A stretch of DNA of 13,828 bases from Candidatus Thorarchaeota archaeon (GCA_048882485.1 JBHLRP010000024.1:1-13828), one strand, 5' to 3'. Counted from the stretch's first letter, positions 1 through 8,762 are shown. Numbers and translations: made by a program. Notes: a model not told the origin generated them from the letters alone.

Positions 1-45
1 TAGAACCAAGTATTCCCAGAACTATCGAAATCTGAGGGGAATCCA

Positions 46-1185
46 GTGAAGAGAAGAGCGCGGATAGCCATCATTTTAGCAATTTTCCTCATGAGTCTAA
101 GCTTAGCTGGTTCGCTGGCCATTCAATTGTTGGCTCAAGACCCAAGCATTCCAGTCGCAAGGGGTGCGCATGCGATGGTCTATGACCCACATAATGAACA
201 GGTTGTAATGTTTGGCGGCGCAACCAATGTAGGCGGGTTCCACTACCTCAGCGACACGTGGGTCTACTCATACACCACCAATAGGTGGATTCAACTCAAC
301 TTGAACCCTTCACCCTCTGCAAGGTCAAATCATGTGATGGTCTACAGCAACGCCACCAATGAGATCATCCTGTTCGGAGGACAACAAGGTACTGGTACAT
401 GGTCGTTCGACTGTGAGTCGCAGACATGGTCGCAGATTACGACAAGCATTGACCCTGGAGTACATCACTCGCTTGGAATGGCCTACGACCCAATGGAGAA
501 TGCAGTCATCCTCTTCGGAGGATTTGATGATGAGGGATTTGAGACTGACGACACATGGAGATTCGACCTAGAAACACGGGAGTGGAGTGAACTAACACCC
601 GCAACCTCACCACTTGCACGCTATGGGCACGTGATGGTCTATGATGAGAGTATCAAGCAGGTCATCATGAGTTGTGGAAACACAGCATACCAAGGGCATC
701 AGGATGACACATGGGCGTTTAACGCGTCAGCAAACACGTGGACCGAGCTATCACCAAGCGGAAACCTGGACAAATTGAAATGGCCATCTATGACCTATGA
801 CACTGTGAACCAGAAGGCCATACTCTTTGGCGGACAGATTGGCGATAATCCAGTTGCTGGGACTTGGATATTCGATGGAAGCCTCAATTCATGGCTGAAA
901 CAGTATCCCGACGCCGCTCCTAGCCCAAGGATCAATACAGGTCTTGCGTTCGACTCAAGAAATAATGTCACAGTTCTTTTTGCAGGAGCAGATTTCGAGT
1001 TCAATAGTAACGCAGAAACTTGGACATACTCCTTTGACAACAGCAACTGGACAGATATGAGCGAGGTCCCGGCGAGTCCGCTTCCTACAACTCCAGGCTT
1101 ACCTGTTGAGTGGATAGCAATCGGCATTGCGGTACCTGCAGCGGCTATCGTGATTTTTCAAGTTTGGAGAAGAAGACTGCAATGA
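46..1185 (+). CDS. Secreted, C-terminally membrane-anchored Kelch-repeat (6-blade beta-propeller) protein
   Basis: Six Kelch-like repeats (VVMFGG, IILFGG, VILFGG, VIMSCG, AILFGG, TVLFAG, each followed by a TW-x-Y/F...W segment). Basic+hydrophobic N-terminal signal, Pro/Thr linker, TM helix and RRR tail. GTG start preceded by GAGGGG. Confidence 0.9.
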   Translation: MKRRARIAIILAIFLMSLSLAGSLAIQLLAQDPSIPVARGAHAMVYDPHNEQVVMFGGATNVGGFHYLSDTWVYSYTTNRWIQLNLNPSPSARSNHVMVYSNATNEIILFGGQQGTGTWSFDCESQTWSQITTSIDPGVHHSLGMAYDPMENAVILFGGFDDEGFETDDTWRFDLETREWSELTPATSPLARYGHVMVYDESIKQVIMSCGNTAYQGHQDDTWAFNASANTWTELSPSGNLDKLKWPSMTYDTVNQKAILFGGQIGDNPVAGTWIFDGSLNSWLKQYPDAAPSPRINTGLAFDSRNNVTVLFAGADFEFNSNAETWTYSFDNSNWTDMSEVPASPLPTTPGLPVEWIAIGIAVPAAAIVIFQVWRRRLQ

Positions 1186-1290
1186 TGTGTTCTATGAGGG
1201 CGCAGGAAGCTATGTTGCGTTGAGATTTTCACTTAAATAAGACCCAACTTCAAAATAACCTCATATTCAGCTGGAAGGGATGATTGCTCT

Positions 1291-2304
1291 ATGAATACAG
1301 GACAGAAGCGTTTCCTAGCATTGATAATTGCGCTCTTAATTGGCATTACAATTCCAATTGCTCTGATTCTGAACAGCCAGCAGCCTAACTCAAATCTGGA
1401 GCTTACCAAGATTGGCCAGATTGACACAGGCGGAGGAACGGAATATGTGAAAGTAGTGGGAGATATTGCGTACGTCATTGATCAGGGTGAACCTACTCCA
1501 GGCGGGCTTGTCCTCATCAATGTCAGTGACCCAGCGAATCCAAGTCAACTTTCCTCATTCCATGATGGAGGATGGCCACAAAGCCTTGATGTTGTTGAAG
1601 ACATTGTGTATGTTGCAGACACAATCGAGGGGCTGGAGATCATCGATGTGAGTGACCCCAGAAACCCAAGTGAAATAGGTCAATATCGGGGAAGCGGCGA
1701 AGTGTATGATGTACAGGTGATTGATGACATCGCCTATATTGCTGATTGGAATAATGGGTTGGTGATTATAAACGTGACAGAGCCTAGTAATCCCTCATAC
1801 ATGTCAAGTTGCGCCATCGTGGGAGCGGCTCCACACCTACATATTGCCAACAACATGGCGTTTGTGATAGACCATCGCTCGGAGAGTTCTGGTTTCGTTG
1901 CAGTGGACATAAGCGATCCACTCGATCCAGACTTCGCTGTAGGCTATGTTCCTGATGCTGACCTTTGGAATCCATTCGTTCTTGAAGATTACATGTATGT
2001 TTGCAACCATGGAGAAGAAGGCGGCGAACTGCAGATTCTAGACATGACCAATCTATCGAACATAACTCAGATAGGTATGTTTACTGCAGGTGGATTTATC
2101 TTTGCAGTGCAGGTAGAATCCGATATTGCCTACTTGGCTGGCGCGGAAGATGGATTGCTAGTTGTTAATATTACTAATCCTCAGGAACCTAGGCTCCTAG
2201 ACAGCTTTTATGATGGTGGTGTTGCTGTAAACCTTGATTTCGTCAATGACATCATCTACGTTGCAGATCGAAGTGGGGGTCTCGAAATATTCCAGCTCTC
2301 ATGA
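1291..2304 (+). CDS. LVIVD-repeat beta-propeller protein with N-terminal membrane anchor/signal
   Basis: Repeated AYVAD...GL.II[DN]VSDPxNP motifs (GLVLINVSDPANP, GLEIIDVSDPRNP, GLVIINVTEPSNP, GLLVVNITNPQEP). N-terminal KR + hydrophobic helix. Several N-x-S/T sequons. Confidence 0.9.
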   Translation: MNTGQKRFLALIIALLIGITIPIALILNSQQPNSNLELTKIGQIDTGGGTEYVKVVGDIAYVIDQGEPTPGGLVLINVSDPANPSQLSSFHDGGWPQSLDVVEDIVYVADTIEGLEIIDVSDPRNPSEIGQYRGSGEVYDVQVIDDIAYIADWNNGLVIINVTEPSNPSYMSSCAIVGAAPHLHIANNMAFVIDHRSESSGFVAVDISDPLDPDFAVGYVPDADLWNPFVLEDYMYVCNHGEEGGELQILDMTNLSNITQIGMFTAGGFIFAVQVESDIAYLAGAEDGLLVVNITNPQEPRLLDSFYDGGVAVNLDFVNDIIYVADRSGGLEIFQLS

Positions 2305-2458
2305 AGAGTTTGGTTTGGCATCAATTATCATTATGTAAATATCTGAATGATATGATACTGAAGAGTTGGAATTGCCAATATGACATGAGATAGAACTCAT
2401 TCATTTGGATAGACAGGCAAGAGATGGATTAATCCCATATGTTGGCTGAAAATCATGC

Positions 2459-2507
2459 GTTGACTGGTCAAGGATAATGGAACCCTTCATTGTCCTTGAC
2501 CTTCAAC
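2459..2507. repeat. Long imperfect inverted repeat/hairpin
   Basis: GGTCAAGGATAATG (2466-2479) pairs with CATTGTCCTTGACC (2488-2501) with one G:T. The stem extends via GTTGA (2459-2463)/TCAAC (2503-2507). Confidence 0.8.
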
Positions 2508-2528
2508 CAATCGCTTTGGATAACATTG

Positions 2529-2536
2529 TATAAATA
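2529..2536 (+). promoter_or_regulatory. Putative archaeal TATA box for the 2558 gene (probably leaderless transcript)
   Basis: TATAAATA ends 22 nt upstream of ATG 2558, within an AT-rich tract. Confidence 0.55.
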
Positions 2537-2557
2537 TTTGAAACATATTACAAATGG

Positions 2558-3316
2558 ATGGATGGGAGAAGCAACTTGTCTATAAGACATGAATTAGAAC
2601 TGATACGCGTCAACAAACAGGCAAGACAGGGATTTGTCACCTCGATAATCCTAATACTCATCCTGATGGGATGGATGGCGATTGCGTATGCAAGGGTGAA
2701 CCCCTACCTCTTGGTTCTTTCATTTCCAATCTTCAATTCGATCTTCATTCTAGCGATTACGCTTTTCTTAATACGAGCTGAAAATGAGGCCCTGGTAAGA
2801 CTGAAGACTATACCAGGCGGTCTCAAGAGAACCCTTCTCAGTGCTATTACGCTATCTCTCATTGTTGTCATTATTCTAAATGGACTCTTCGAAGTCCTGG
2901 CAGTTGGATTTCAGGATTTTCTTGTTGATGCGTTTGGTTCAGCACTTCCTCCAGTTGATTATATCCCAGATGTTCTTACTCTCATCACCTTCATCGGGTG
3001 CAATATTTCCTTCAGCATCTGTTTTGGAGCTCTTGGAGTATGGATATTCTCGCAATCAAAAGTGACTCCCGGGAGAGGGAATGAAACAATCGCTAGGCTT
3101 GAGGGATTCCTCTCATCAAAACTATTGATGACCTTTGTGTTGCTTGGCGTTGCTTTCGTATTCATAGCCTTTGGCCTTCAGAGTGTCATTGCATCAGTCG
3201 AGGGTAGTTCGGTGATTACACCCGTGCTTGTAGTGATTCTATCGTTTGGTTTCAATGTCATTCTATCATGGGGCTTGTGGACAAATGCGTGGCGTAAGAT
3301 TGACTCAGGGCTATAG
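2558..3316 (+). CDS. Polytopic membrane protein (~6 TM), possibly a diverged ABC-2-type permease
   Basis: About six hydrophobic segments in 252 aa. Lies 30 nt upstream of a co-oriented ABC NBD-like gene. The permease assignment rests on size, topology and context only. Confidence 0.65.
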   Translation: MDGRSNLSIRHELELIRVNKQARQGFVTSIILILILMGWMAIAYARVNPYLLVLSFPIFNSIFILAITLFLIRAENEALVRLKTIPGGLKRTLLSAITLSLIVVIILNGLFEVLAVGFQDFLVDAFGSALPPVDYIPDVLTLITFIGCNISFSICFGALGVWIFSQSKVTPGRGNETIARLEGFLSSKLLMTFVLLGVAFVFIAFGLQSVIASVEGSSVITPVLVVILSFGFNVILSWGLWTNAWRKIDSGL

Positions 3317-3346
3317 CTGATTCTTCGAATAGAGGAGCGCCTATCG

Positions 3347-4117
3347 ATGATAGAATTGACTGATGTGTCAATCTATTCAGATGGCAATCCAATCGTTGAA
3401 GAACTGAGTCTTTCAATCCAGTCAAATAGCATGACGCTCTTGATAAGCTCCGACGAGGACATCATGAGATTGGTCATTCGTGCCATTTGTGGGCTGTGGC
3501 CCGTTGTTCGGGGGAGAATTGAGATAGATGGCGTCCTTGTTCCTTCAGATGAGATAAGGAAAAAGATGGTATGTGCCCTAGAGAAGCCTGCATTGAATCC
3601 AATTCTGACACCTCGTCAGAATCTGAAATACTACTTGGAGCTACGGAGTATCCGGAGATCAATCATTGATGAGCTGGACGTATTTGCTGAACTGTTGCTG
3701 TTGCATGAGTTCCTAGATACAAAGGTCTCCGACTTAGGAACGGGTCATGTGAGAGGATTTGAAACGCTTCTAGCATTGATTGCTAAACCGGATTACTTCA
3801 TTCAATCAGATTTTACAGCCTCCTTCTTCTCTCCATATTTCACAAGAGTGCCAAGCGAATTGGATGCCCTTCTGAAAGGAGGGTCGTGCATTGTTTCTTC
3901 AACTCCGAGTTTCAGGTTCGCACGTTCCCTTGCTATTCATTTGCCAATCAGAGCGGCTTTGATTTCTCAAACAGGTCTTGTCATCGAAGGACCAATAGAT
4001 AGGGTCATGGACCGCCACACAAAGGATGGTCTTTATCTCCCAGAAACAGAATTTGGACAGCATAAGAGCTTGGAGATCGAGAGGGCAATCAAGGCCCTTC
4101 CAGATAGCACGAAGTGA
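3347..4117 (+). CDS. ABC ATPase-fold protein with degenerate catalytic motifs (pseudo-ATPase)
   Basis: The NBD scaffold is recognisable: MIELTDVS...IVEELSLSI, ICGLWP..RGRIEIDG, LNPILTPRQNL, LDTKVSDLGTG, ALIAKPDYFI, LVIEGP. Walker A, Walker B and the H-switch are not conserved. GAGGAG precedes the ATG. Confidence 0.8.
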   Translation: MIELTDVSIYSDGNPIVEELSLSIQSNSMTLLISSDEDIMRLVIRAICGLWPVVRGRIEIDGVLVPSDEIRKKMVCALEKPALNPILTPRQNLKYYLELRSIRRSIIDELDVFAELLLLHEFLDTKVSDLGTGHVRGFETLLALIAKPDYFIQSDFTASFFSPYFTRVPSELDALLKGGSCIVSSTPSFRFARSLAIHLPIRAALISQTGLVIEGPIDRVMDRHTKDGLYLPETEFGQHKSLEIERAIKALPDSTK

Positions 4118-4203
4118 AGATATGTGACGCCCCTAATGAGTCCAGCATAGGTCGCATCTCTGAGTGTTTCGTAAACATATACAGCTTGGGAGCTTTCGCC
4201 AAC

Positions 4204-4299
4204 CTACTCAGAGGCATCCAATCCAAGGGCGGACTCTATCATGTCTATGCATCTCATCTGCTGGGGCCACATCTGTCCGGCGCTCATACCACCATCCAC
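4204..4299 (-). pseudogene. 3'-terminal remnant (31 codons + stop) of a paralog of the SDR at 11578-12420
   Basis: 4223-4299 matches 11597-11673 at 69/77 nt. Minus-strand translation VDGGMSAGQMWPQQMRCIDMIESALGLDASE* versus SDR VDGGMSAGQMWPQQMRWIDMIESALGQKPSD*, with the stop at the equivalent position. Confidence 0.92.
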
Positions 4300-4359
4300 A
4301 TCGGCATGGCGGCTCCTGCGGCAGTGATAGTGGTCCTTATTGTGTGGAGAAGACACTGA
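4300..4359 (+). pseudogene. 3'-terminal remnant (TM anchor) of a paralog of the Kelch gene at 46-1185
   Basis: IGMAAPAAVIVVLIVWRRH* versus Kelch C-terminus IGIAVPAAAIVIFQVWRRRLQ*: 12/18 aa and 39/54 nt identical, ungapped, against 1120-1173. Confidence 0.75.
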
Positions 4360-4377
4360 GGCTCCTGAGAGCCTCAG
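4356..4377. terminator. Perfect 9-bp hairpin between convergent stop codons (possible bidirectional terminator or 3' stabiliser)
   Basis: CTGAGGCTC-ctga-GAGCCTCAG overlaps the TGA at 4357-4359 and lies 4 nt from the minus-strand stop at 4382. No U-tract. Confidence 0.5.
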
Positions 4378-4381
4378 CAAT

Positions 4382-7300
4382 TCATCCTTGGGACCCCTTT
4401 CGTAATCGCATCATTAGGAGGAGGACAATAGCCACTGCAAATACTCCAACAACTATGACCATCAACTCTACCGGAACCGATGGTGGAGGCCCGGATGGCG
4501 TAGTTGGCGACGGAGTTGTTGTAGTCGTGGCAGAGGTGGTTGTGGTCGGCGGGATATAGGTCGTACGTCGAAAGACTCCTGAACCAAATGTACCGAAGTA
4601 CAGATACCGTCCATCTGCTGACTGGGCCATTGGGTTGGCAACGTTGTTCCCACTAGAACCAGCTCTCAGATTCGTGAGACCTTCGTTCCACGGCTCCCAA
4701 AAGTCGCCTCCATTATAGCTGATGAAGACACCCTCTCTCTCAGTGGCCAAGTAGATTGTATCAGGACTGTGTTTGTCCACTATTATCTTGTAAAACTCCT
4801 GAGTGGTGTTCAGACCTGACTTTATCTCAAACCAGGTCTCTCCAGCATCAATGCTCTTCATCACAGTCCCTCTGAAGTCTGCAACACCCAGACCTTCGTT
4901 CTCCCCGTTTTTAGAACAGGCATACATGATGGACGGGTTTCGTGGGTCGAAGTCGATTGAGAAGACCCACTGCTCTGGAGGCATTCCTTCTTCTATTTTC
5001 TCCCACGTTGCACCATAGTCCATTGATCTCGATACACCATTGTATGTCCCTGCGTAGATGATCTCAGGTCCTTGTGGGTGATTGACAAGGGCGAAGACTC
5101 CATCATTTGTGAACCCTGTATTGCTCTCGAACCAGGTCTCTCCACCGTCTACGCTCTTGTAGATACCAGCAGGGAATACGCCAATGTAGATAGTGTTGGG
5201 ATCAGTGGGGTGGAACAGCAGTGAAGAGTACTGATACGAAGGTCTATCGTTCCAGATCGGCCATACGTTTCCGAGGTTAGAGAATGGTGGCAGTTGCACC
5301 CACTTTTCTAATACTGGATTGAAGACATGCATGCCATAGCCTAGGGTACCGCACAGTAGACCCCCGCCGGCTGTGATTTCGATTGATCGTACCTGTAGTG
5401 ATAAGAGACCAGCACTGAAGTTGGTCCATGTGGCACCTGCATCCTCTGTGATCCACACACCCTCCTCCGTGGCGGCGTAGACAGTATAGGGCGGATTCGG
5501 ACTCACCGCTAGCTGATAGATGTGTTTGCCCATCATGGGCATCCCCAGGCCATCAGCATGGACATTATGGTCCATTGCGTCAAGAGACCTGAACACACCT
5601 CCTCCCCAGGTTCCAAGCCAGACATTGTTTGTATCGGTGGAATTCAGGGCAAATGCATAGTATCCCTGACGGAGCGGGTCAGTAGCAATGATACTAGGAG
5701 TCTGAAAGTTCTTGTCATAGAATGTCACGCCTCCATCATCAGAACGATATAGACCTCCAGGATAAGACCCTACATAGATTCGGTTAGAGTCATTGGGATC
5801 AACGACTATCTGCATGGAGTAGACCTGAGGGATCGGCTTGTTGCTTCTATTGGGTTGCCAAGTGACAGAGTAGTCAGCAGTGTTGATGTCACCAGAATAG
5901 ACACCATAGCCCTGGGTTCCGACGTAGATGGTGTCTCCTTGGATGTCCAGTGAAGTCAGGCCTGTCGTGTCCAGACCCAAGACGTAGTTGGTCCAGGTCA
6001 CACCAGCATCGTCACTCACGAATATTCCCTCACCATGAACTACAGCATAGAGGACTGAAGTGTTTCCTGGATAGAATCGAACAGCCCGGCACTTGTCAGT
6101 AGTGTTCAATGAACTTGTCCAAGTCAGTCCAGAGTCAATCGACTTGTATACGCCCGGCTTGTCCGTGAAGGTGAAGCCTGTGGGATCTACCCAGTCAGGA
6201 ATTGAGGTTTCTCCAAGTGTTGCAGCATACAGGATTGTTGGATTGGATGCATTGACCTCGATGTCAAATCCGCCAACATCTGGGAAGCCTACCAGCTCAT
6301 TCCAGGTACTACCTCCATTGACAGACTTGTATGCTCCCTTAACATGTGTAGTGACATAGACAATCTCAGGACTCACTGGGTCTATTGCAATATCCAGAAC
6401 ACTTCTTGGTAGTGTGCCTGTGATTTTGGTCCACGTCGCCCCCGCATCGATCGACTTGTACAGGTCGCCCCCGATAGTCGGAGGACCAAAGGTTGCACAA
6501 TACACAATATCACCGTCTACGAACAGGTTGTTCACAAGAAAGGCACCGTCAGCTGTGAAGTCAGCAATGTCGAACCAAGTATCCCCTGCATCAACTGATT
6601 TCCAGACCGTAGGAGTCGATCTATCTGCTAAGTAGAGCGTATTGCTGTTCTGAGGGTCGATCTTTATCGCGGTGGCGGAAGCCGGAGCAGTTCCCAGCAG
6701 CCCCCATGTAGCGCCCGCGTCAACAGTCTTCCATGTACCTCCAAGCCATGTCCCAATATATGCGATTGCCGGATTTGAAGGATCTACCACAAGTTGGGGC
6801 TGCGCCATGACTGTGGACATAGTGAAGTTGTCATTCAGTTTTGCCCAGTTCAGCCCACCATCTATGGTCTTGTAGACCTCACCACCGTTCTTACCGATAC
6901 TACCAGCATAGACGACATTGGGACTGTTCGGGTCAATTGCCACAGAGGTTATTCCATTGGAGCCAGTGACATTCAGCACAGTTTCCCAAGTCATTCCTCC
7001 ATCGGTTGACTTTCGGACCATTGCCCAGTCTTGGAAGGGCTTGGGATTGTAGCCACTGTAGACAGTGTCGGGATCAAATGGATGAATGGCAATGGTATAC
7101 GAATAGTCCACCTCAGACGTGGCAAGGAAGTCCCACGATAGTCCACCATCATCACTTCGAAATGGGCCCCAGCCACTCTTGATCGCGTAGATGATGGCCG
7201 CATCAGACGGTGCGGACTCTATCGTGTGGACCGATGAATAGCGGAAACCATAGCCATGCTGTGGATGATATTTTGTAGTCCAGTTGGTCCCTTTGTTATT

Positions 7301-8653
7301 CGTGATGAATATCTGACCGATGTCAGCGATCTGCCAGACAGTATTCGAGTCGTGAGGACTCACACGAATCTCGTCGGTGAAGCTATGGTTGATGCCTCCG
7401 CCGTCTAGATAAAACCACGAACCTCCTGCGTCATCCGTCCTGAAGGTCCCTGTGCCCTCGACCGCCGCCACATAGACAGTTTCACTGTCCACGTCATGTG
7501 GCACTACCACAAGACATGCGTTTGTGTTGTCGAGCCCCTCGGTCAGAGTGACATAGGTCTTGCCTCCATCTGTGCTCTTGTAGATGCCATAGGTGCGTCT
7601 TGGAATGTAGATTGTCTTGTTGTCTGTGGGGTCTATGGCGATGTCGTTGATGTCGCTGGTCACTGGAGGCGGTGTGATTACCTCCCAGTCTATGCCGTAG
7701 TCGCTTGTTCTCATGACATGGGGCCCATAGGACACATAGATTGTATCATTGACTGTGCCCGGCACAATTGCAAGTAGCCTGATTGTGGTCGTCGTGTTCA
7801 GTTCATCCCATGTGGCTCCAGCATCCATAGTCCTCGAGAGATAGCTATCATCCGGGTTGACTGTCTCGTCGGGTGCCGTTGTATAACTGACGTAGACGAT
7901 GCTTGGGTCATCAGGATGTACCATTATGCTGTTGATGAAAGTCATAGGCGGCTGAAAATTGTCCTCCCGTTGCCATGAAACTCCTCCATCCGTCGTATGA
8001 TAGAGACTCCCACTCTCATTCTTGAAATCGCCTAGTCCTGCCCAATACTCGCCGTCACCACTGATCGCGATATCCACAACAGCTTCACGAGGAAGGTCTC
8101 CCGTCACGTTTGTCCAAGAGGCACCGCCATCATCGGTGACAAATACGAACGCGTTCCACATGACTGCAAGAATGAACATTGGGTTTGTCGGATGAACTGC
8201 GAAGTGGAAGACGTTCATATTCTGGTCGACCTGAGACCAGTCTTCCCCTCCATCAACACTCATGAAGAACTCAGGAATGATGTACTCGTCTCCTTGAGTC
8301 AAGGCGTACATGACCTGGGGGTTCGCGGGGGACATCGCAAAATCGACTACTTTACGAGATGATGATGCGAGACTTCCGATTACACTCCAAGAAGCTCCAC
8401 TGTTGATAGATTTGTAGATAGACAGTCCACCTCCAGCAGCATAGATGATGCTTGGGTTTGTCGGATCTATCTCGATGGAGTTGATCAGCCCACCATACGG
8501 GCCGTTGGTCCGTTCCCATGGAGGCATTTCTCCATCTTGGGCTGTGTGAGATTCAGTTCCATCTATGGCTGGAGCGGGGATGTTCAATGCCAACAAGGGG
8601 ACAATGAATAGAAACAGTGAAACTGCGACTGAGAATATAGGCTTGAGGCGCAT
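4382..8653 (-). CDS. Large surface-anchored BNR/Asp-box (VPS10/GH74-like) multi-beta-propeller protein
   Basis: 24 clear S/T-x-D/N-x-G-x-x-W/F/Y Asp-boxes and an N-terminal WERTNGPYGG. Signal peptide MRLKPIFSVAVSLFLFIVPLLA if started at ATG 8653, which has GGAG upstream (the ORF track extends to 8689). Thr/Pro linker, TM helix and RLRK tail. Confidence 0.9.
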   Translation of the reverse strand: MRLKPIFSVAVSLFLFIVPLLALNIPAPAIDGTESHTAQDGEMPPWERTNGPYGGLINSIEIDPTNPSIIYAAGGGLSIYKSINSGASWSVIGSLASSSRKVVDFAMSPANPQVMYALTQGDEYIIPEFFMSVDGGEDWSQVDQNMNVFHFAVHPTNPMFILAVMWNAFVFVTDDGGASWTNVTGDLPREAVVDIAISGDGEYWAGLGDFKNESGSLYHTTDGGVSWQREDNFQPPMTFINSIMVHPDDPSIVYVSYTTAPDETVNPDDSYLSRTMDAGATWDELNTTTTIRLLAIVPGTVNDTIYVSYGPHVMRTSDYGIDWEVITPPPVTSDINDIAIDPTDNKTIYIPRRTYGIYKSTDGGKTYVTLTEGLDNTNACLVVVPHDVDSETVYVAAVEGTGTFRTDDAGGSWFYLDGGGINHSFTDEIRVSPHDSNTVWQIADIGQIFITNNKGTNWTTKYHPQHGYGFRYSSVHTIESAPSDAAIIYAIKSGWGPFRSDDGGLSWDFLATSEVDYSYTIAIHPFDPDTVYSGYNPKPFQDWAMVRKSTDGGMTWETVLNVTGSNGITSVAIDPNSPNVVYAGSIGKNGGEVYKTIDGGLNWAKLNDNFTMSTVMAQPQLVVDPSNPAIAYIGTWLGGTWKTVDAGATWGLLGTAPASATAIKIDPQNSNTLYLADRSTPTVWKSVDAGDTWFDIADFTADGAFLVNNLFVDGDIVYCATFGPPTIGGDLYKSIDAGATWTKITGTLPRSVLDIAIDPVSPEIVYVTTHVKGAYKSVNGGSTWNELVGFPDVGGFDIEVNASNPTILYAATLGETSIPDWVDPTGFTFTDKPGVYKSIDSGLTWTSSLNTTDKCRAVRFYPGNTSVLYAVVHGEGIFVSDDAGVTWTNYVLGLDTTGLTSLDIQGDTIYVGTQGYGVYSGDINTADYSVTWQPNRSNKPIPQVYSMQIVVDPNDSNRIYVGSYPGGLYRSDDGGVTFYDKNFQTPSIIATDPLRQGYYAFALNSTDTNNVWLGTWGGGVFRSLDAMDHNVHADGLGMPMMGKHIYQLAVSPNPPYTVYAATEEGVWITEDAGATWTNFSAGLLSLQVRSIEITAGGGLLCGTLGYGMHVFNPVLEKWVQLPPFSNLGNVWPIWNDRPSYQYSSLLFHPTDPNTIYIGVFPAGIYKSVDGGETWFESNTGFTNDGVFALVNHPQGPEIIYAGTYNGVSRSMDYGATWEKIEEGMPPEQWVFSIDFDPRNPSIMYACSKNGENEGLGVADFRGTVMKSIDAGETWFEIKSGLNTTQEFYKIIVDKHSPDTIYLATEREGVFISYNGGDFWEPWNEGLTNLRAGSSGNNVANPMAQSADGRYLYFGTFGSGVFRRTTYIPPTTTTSATTTTTPSPTTPSGPPPSVPVELMVIVVGVFAVAIVLLLMMRLRKGSQG

Positions 8654-8762
8654 CAATCTACTCTCCAAAGGATAGCTAGAAACCACCAAGATATAACAGT
8701 TCCCTGAAAAACCAAGAAAAGCAGGTTGCTCTGAAACGACGGCTTTTATTCAATCGATATGA

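Noticed and set aside
2302-2367. Direct repeat TGAAGAGTT at 2302-2310 and 2359-2367 (possible target-site duplication)
   Set aside because: Only 9 bp in an AT-rich spacer, with no terminal inverted repeats between the copies.
4114-4124. GTGAAGATATG also occurs inverted at the metallopeptidase start (11481-11491)
   Set aside because: An isolated 11-mer in the opposite orientation to the SDR duplication, with non-aligning flanks; probably chance.
2459-4377. Hairpins as integron attC sites or transposon ends
   Set aside because: They lack the RYYYAAC...GTTRRRY arrangement, the hairpins do not resemble each other, and no integrase or transposase is in the window.
4382-8653. Calling the large protein a true sortilin/Vps10 ortholog or a xyloglucanase
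   Set aside because: No Cys-rich 10CC module, a very short tail without a YxxPhi or dileucine motif, and catalytic residues cannot be verified by eye. Asp-box propellers are widespread in prokaryotes.
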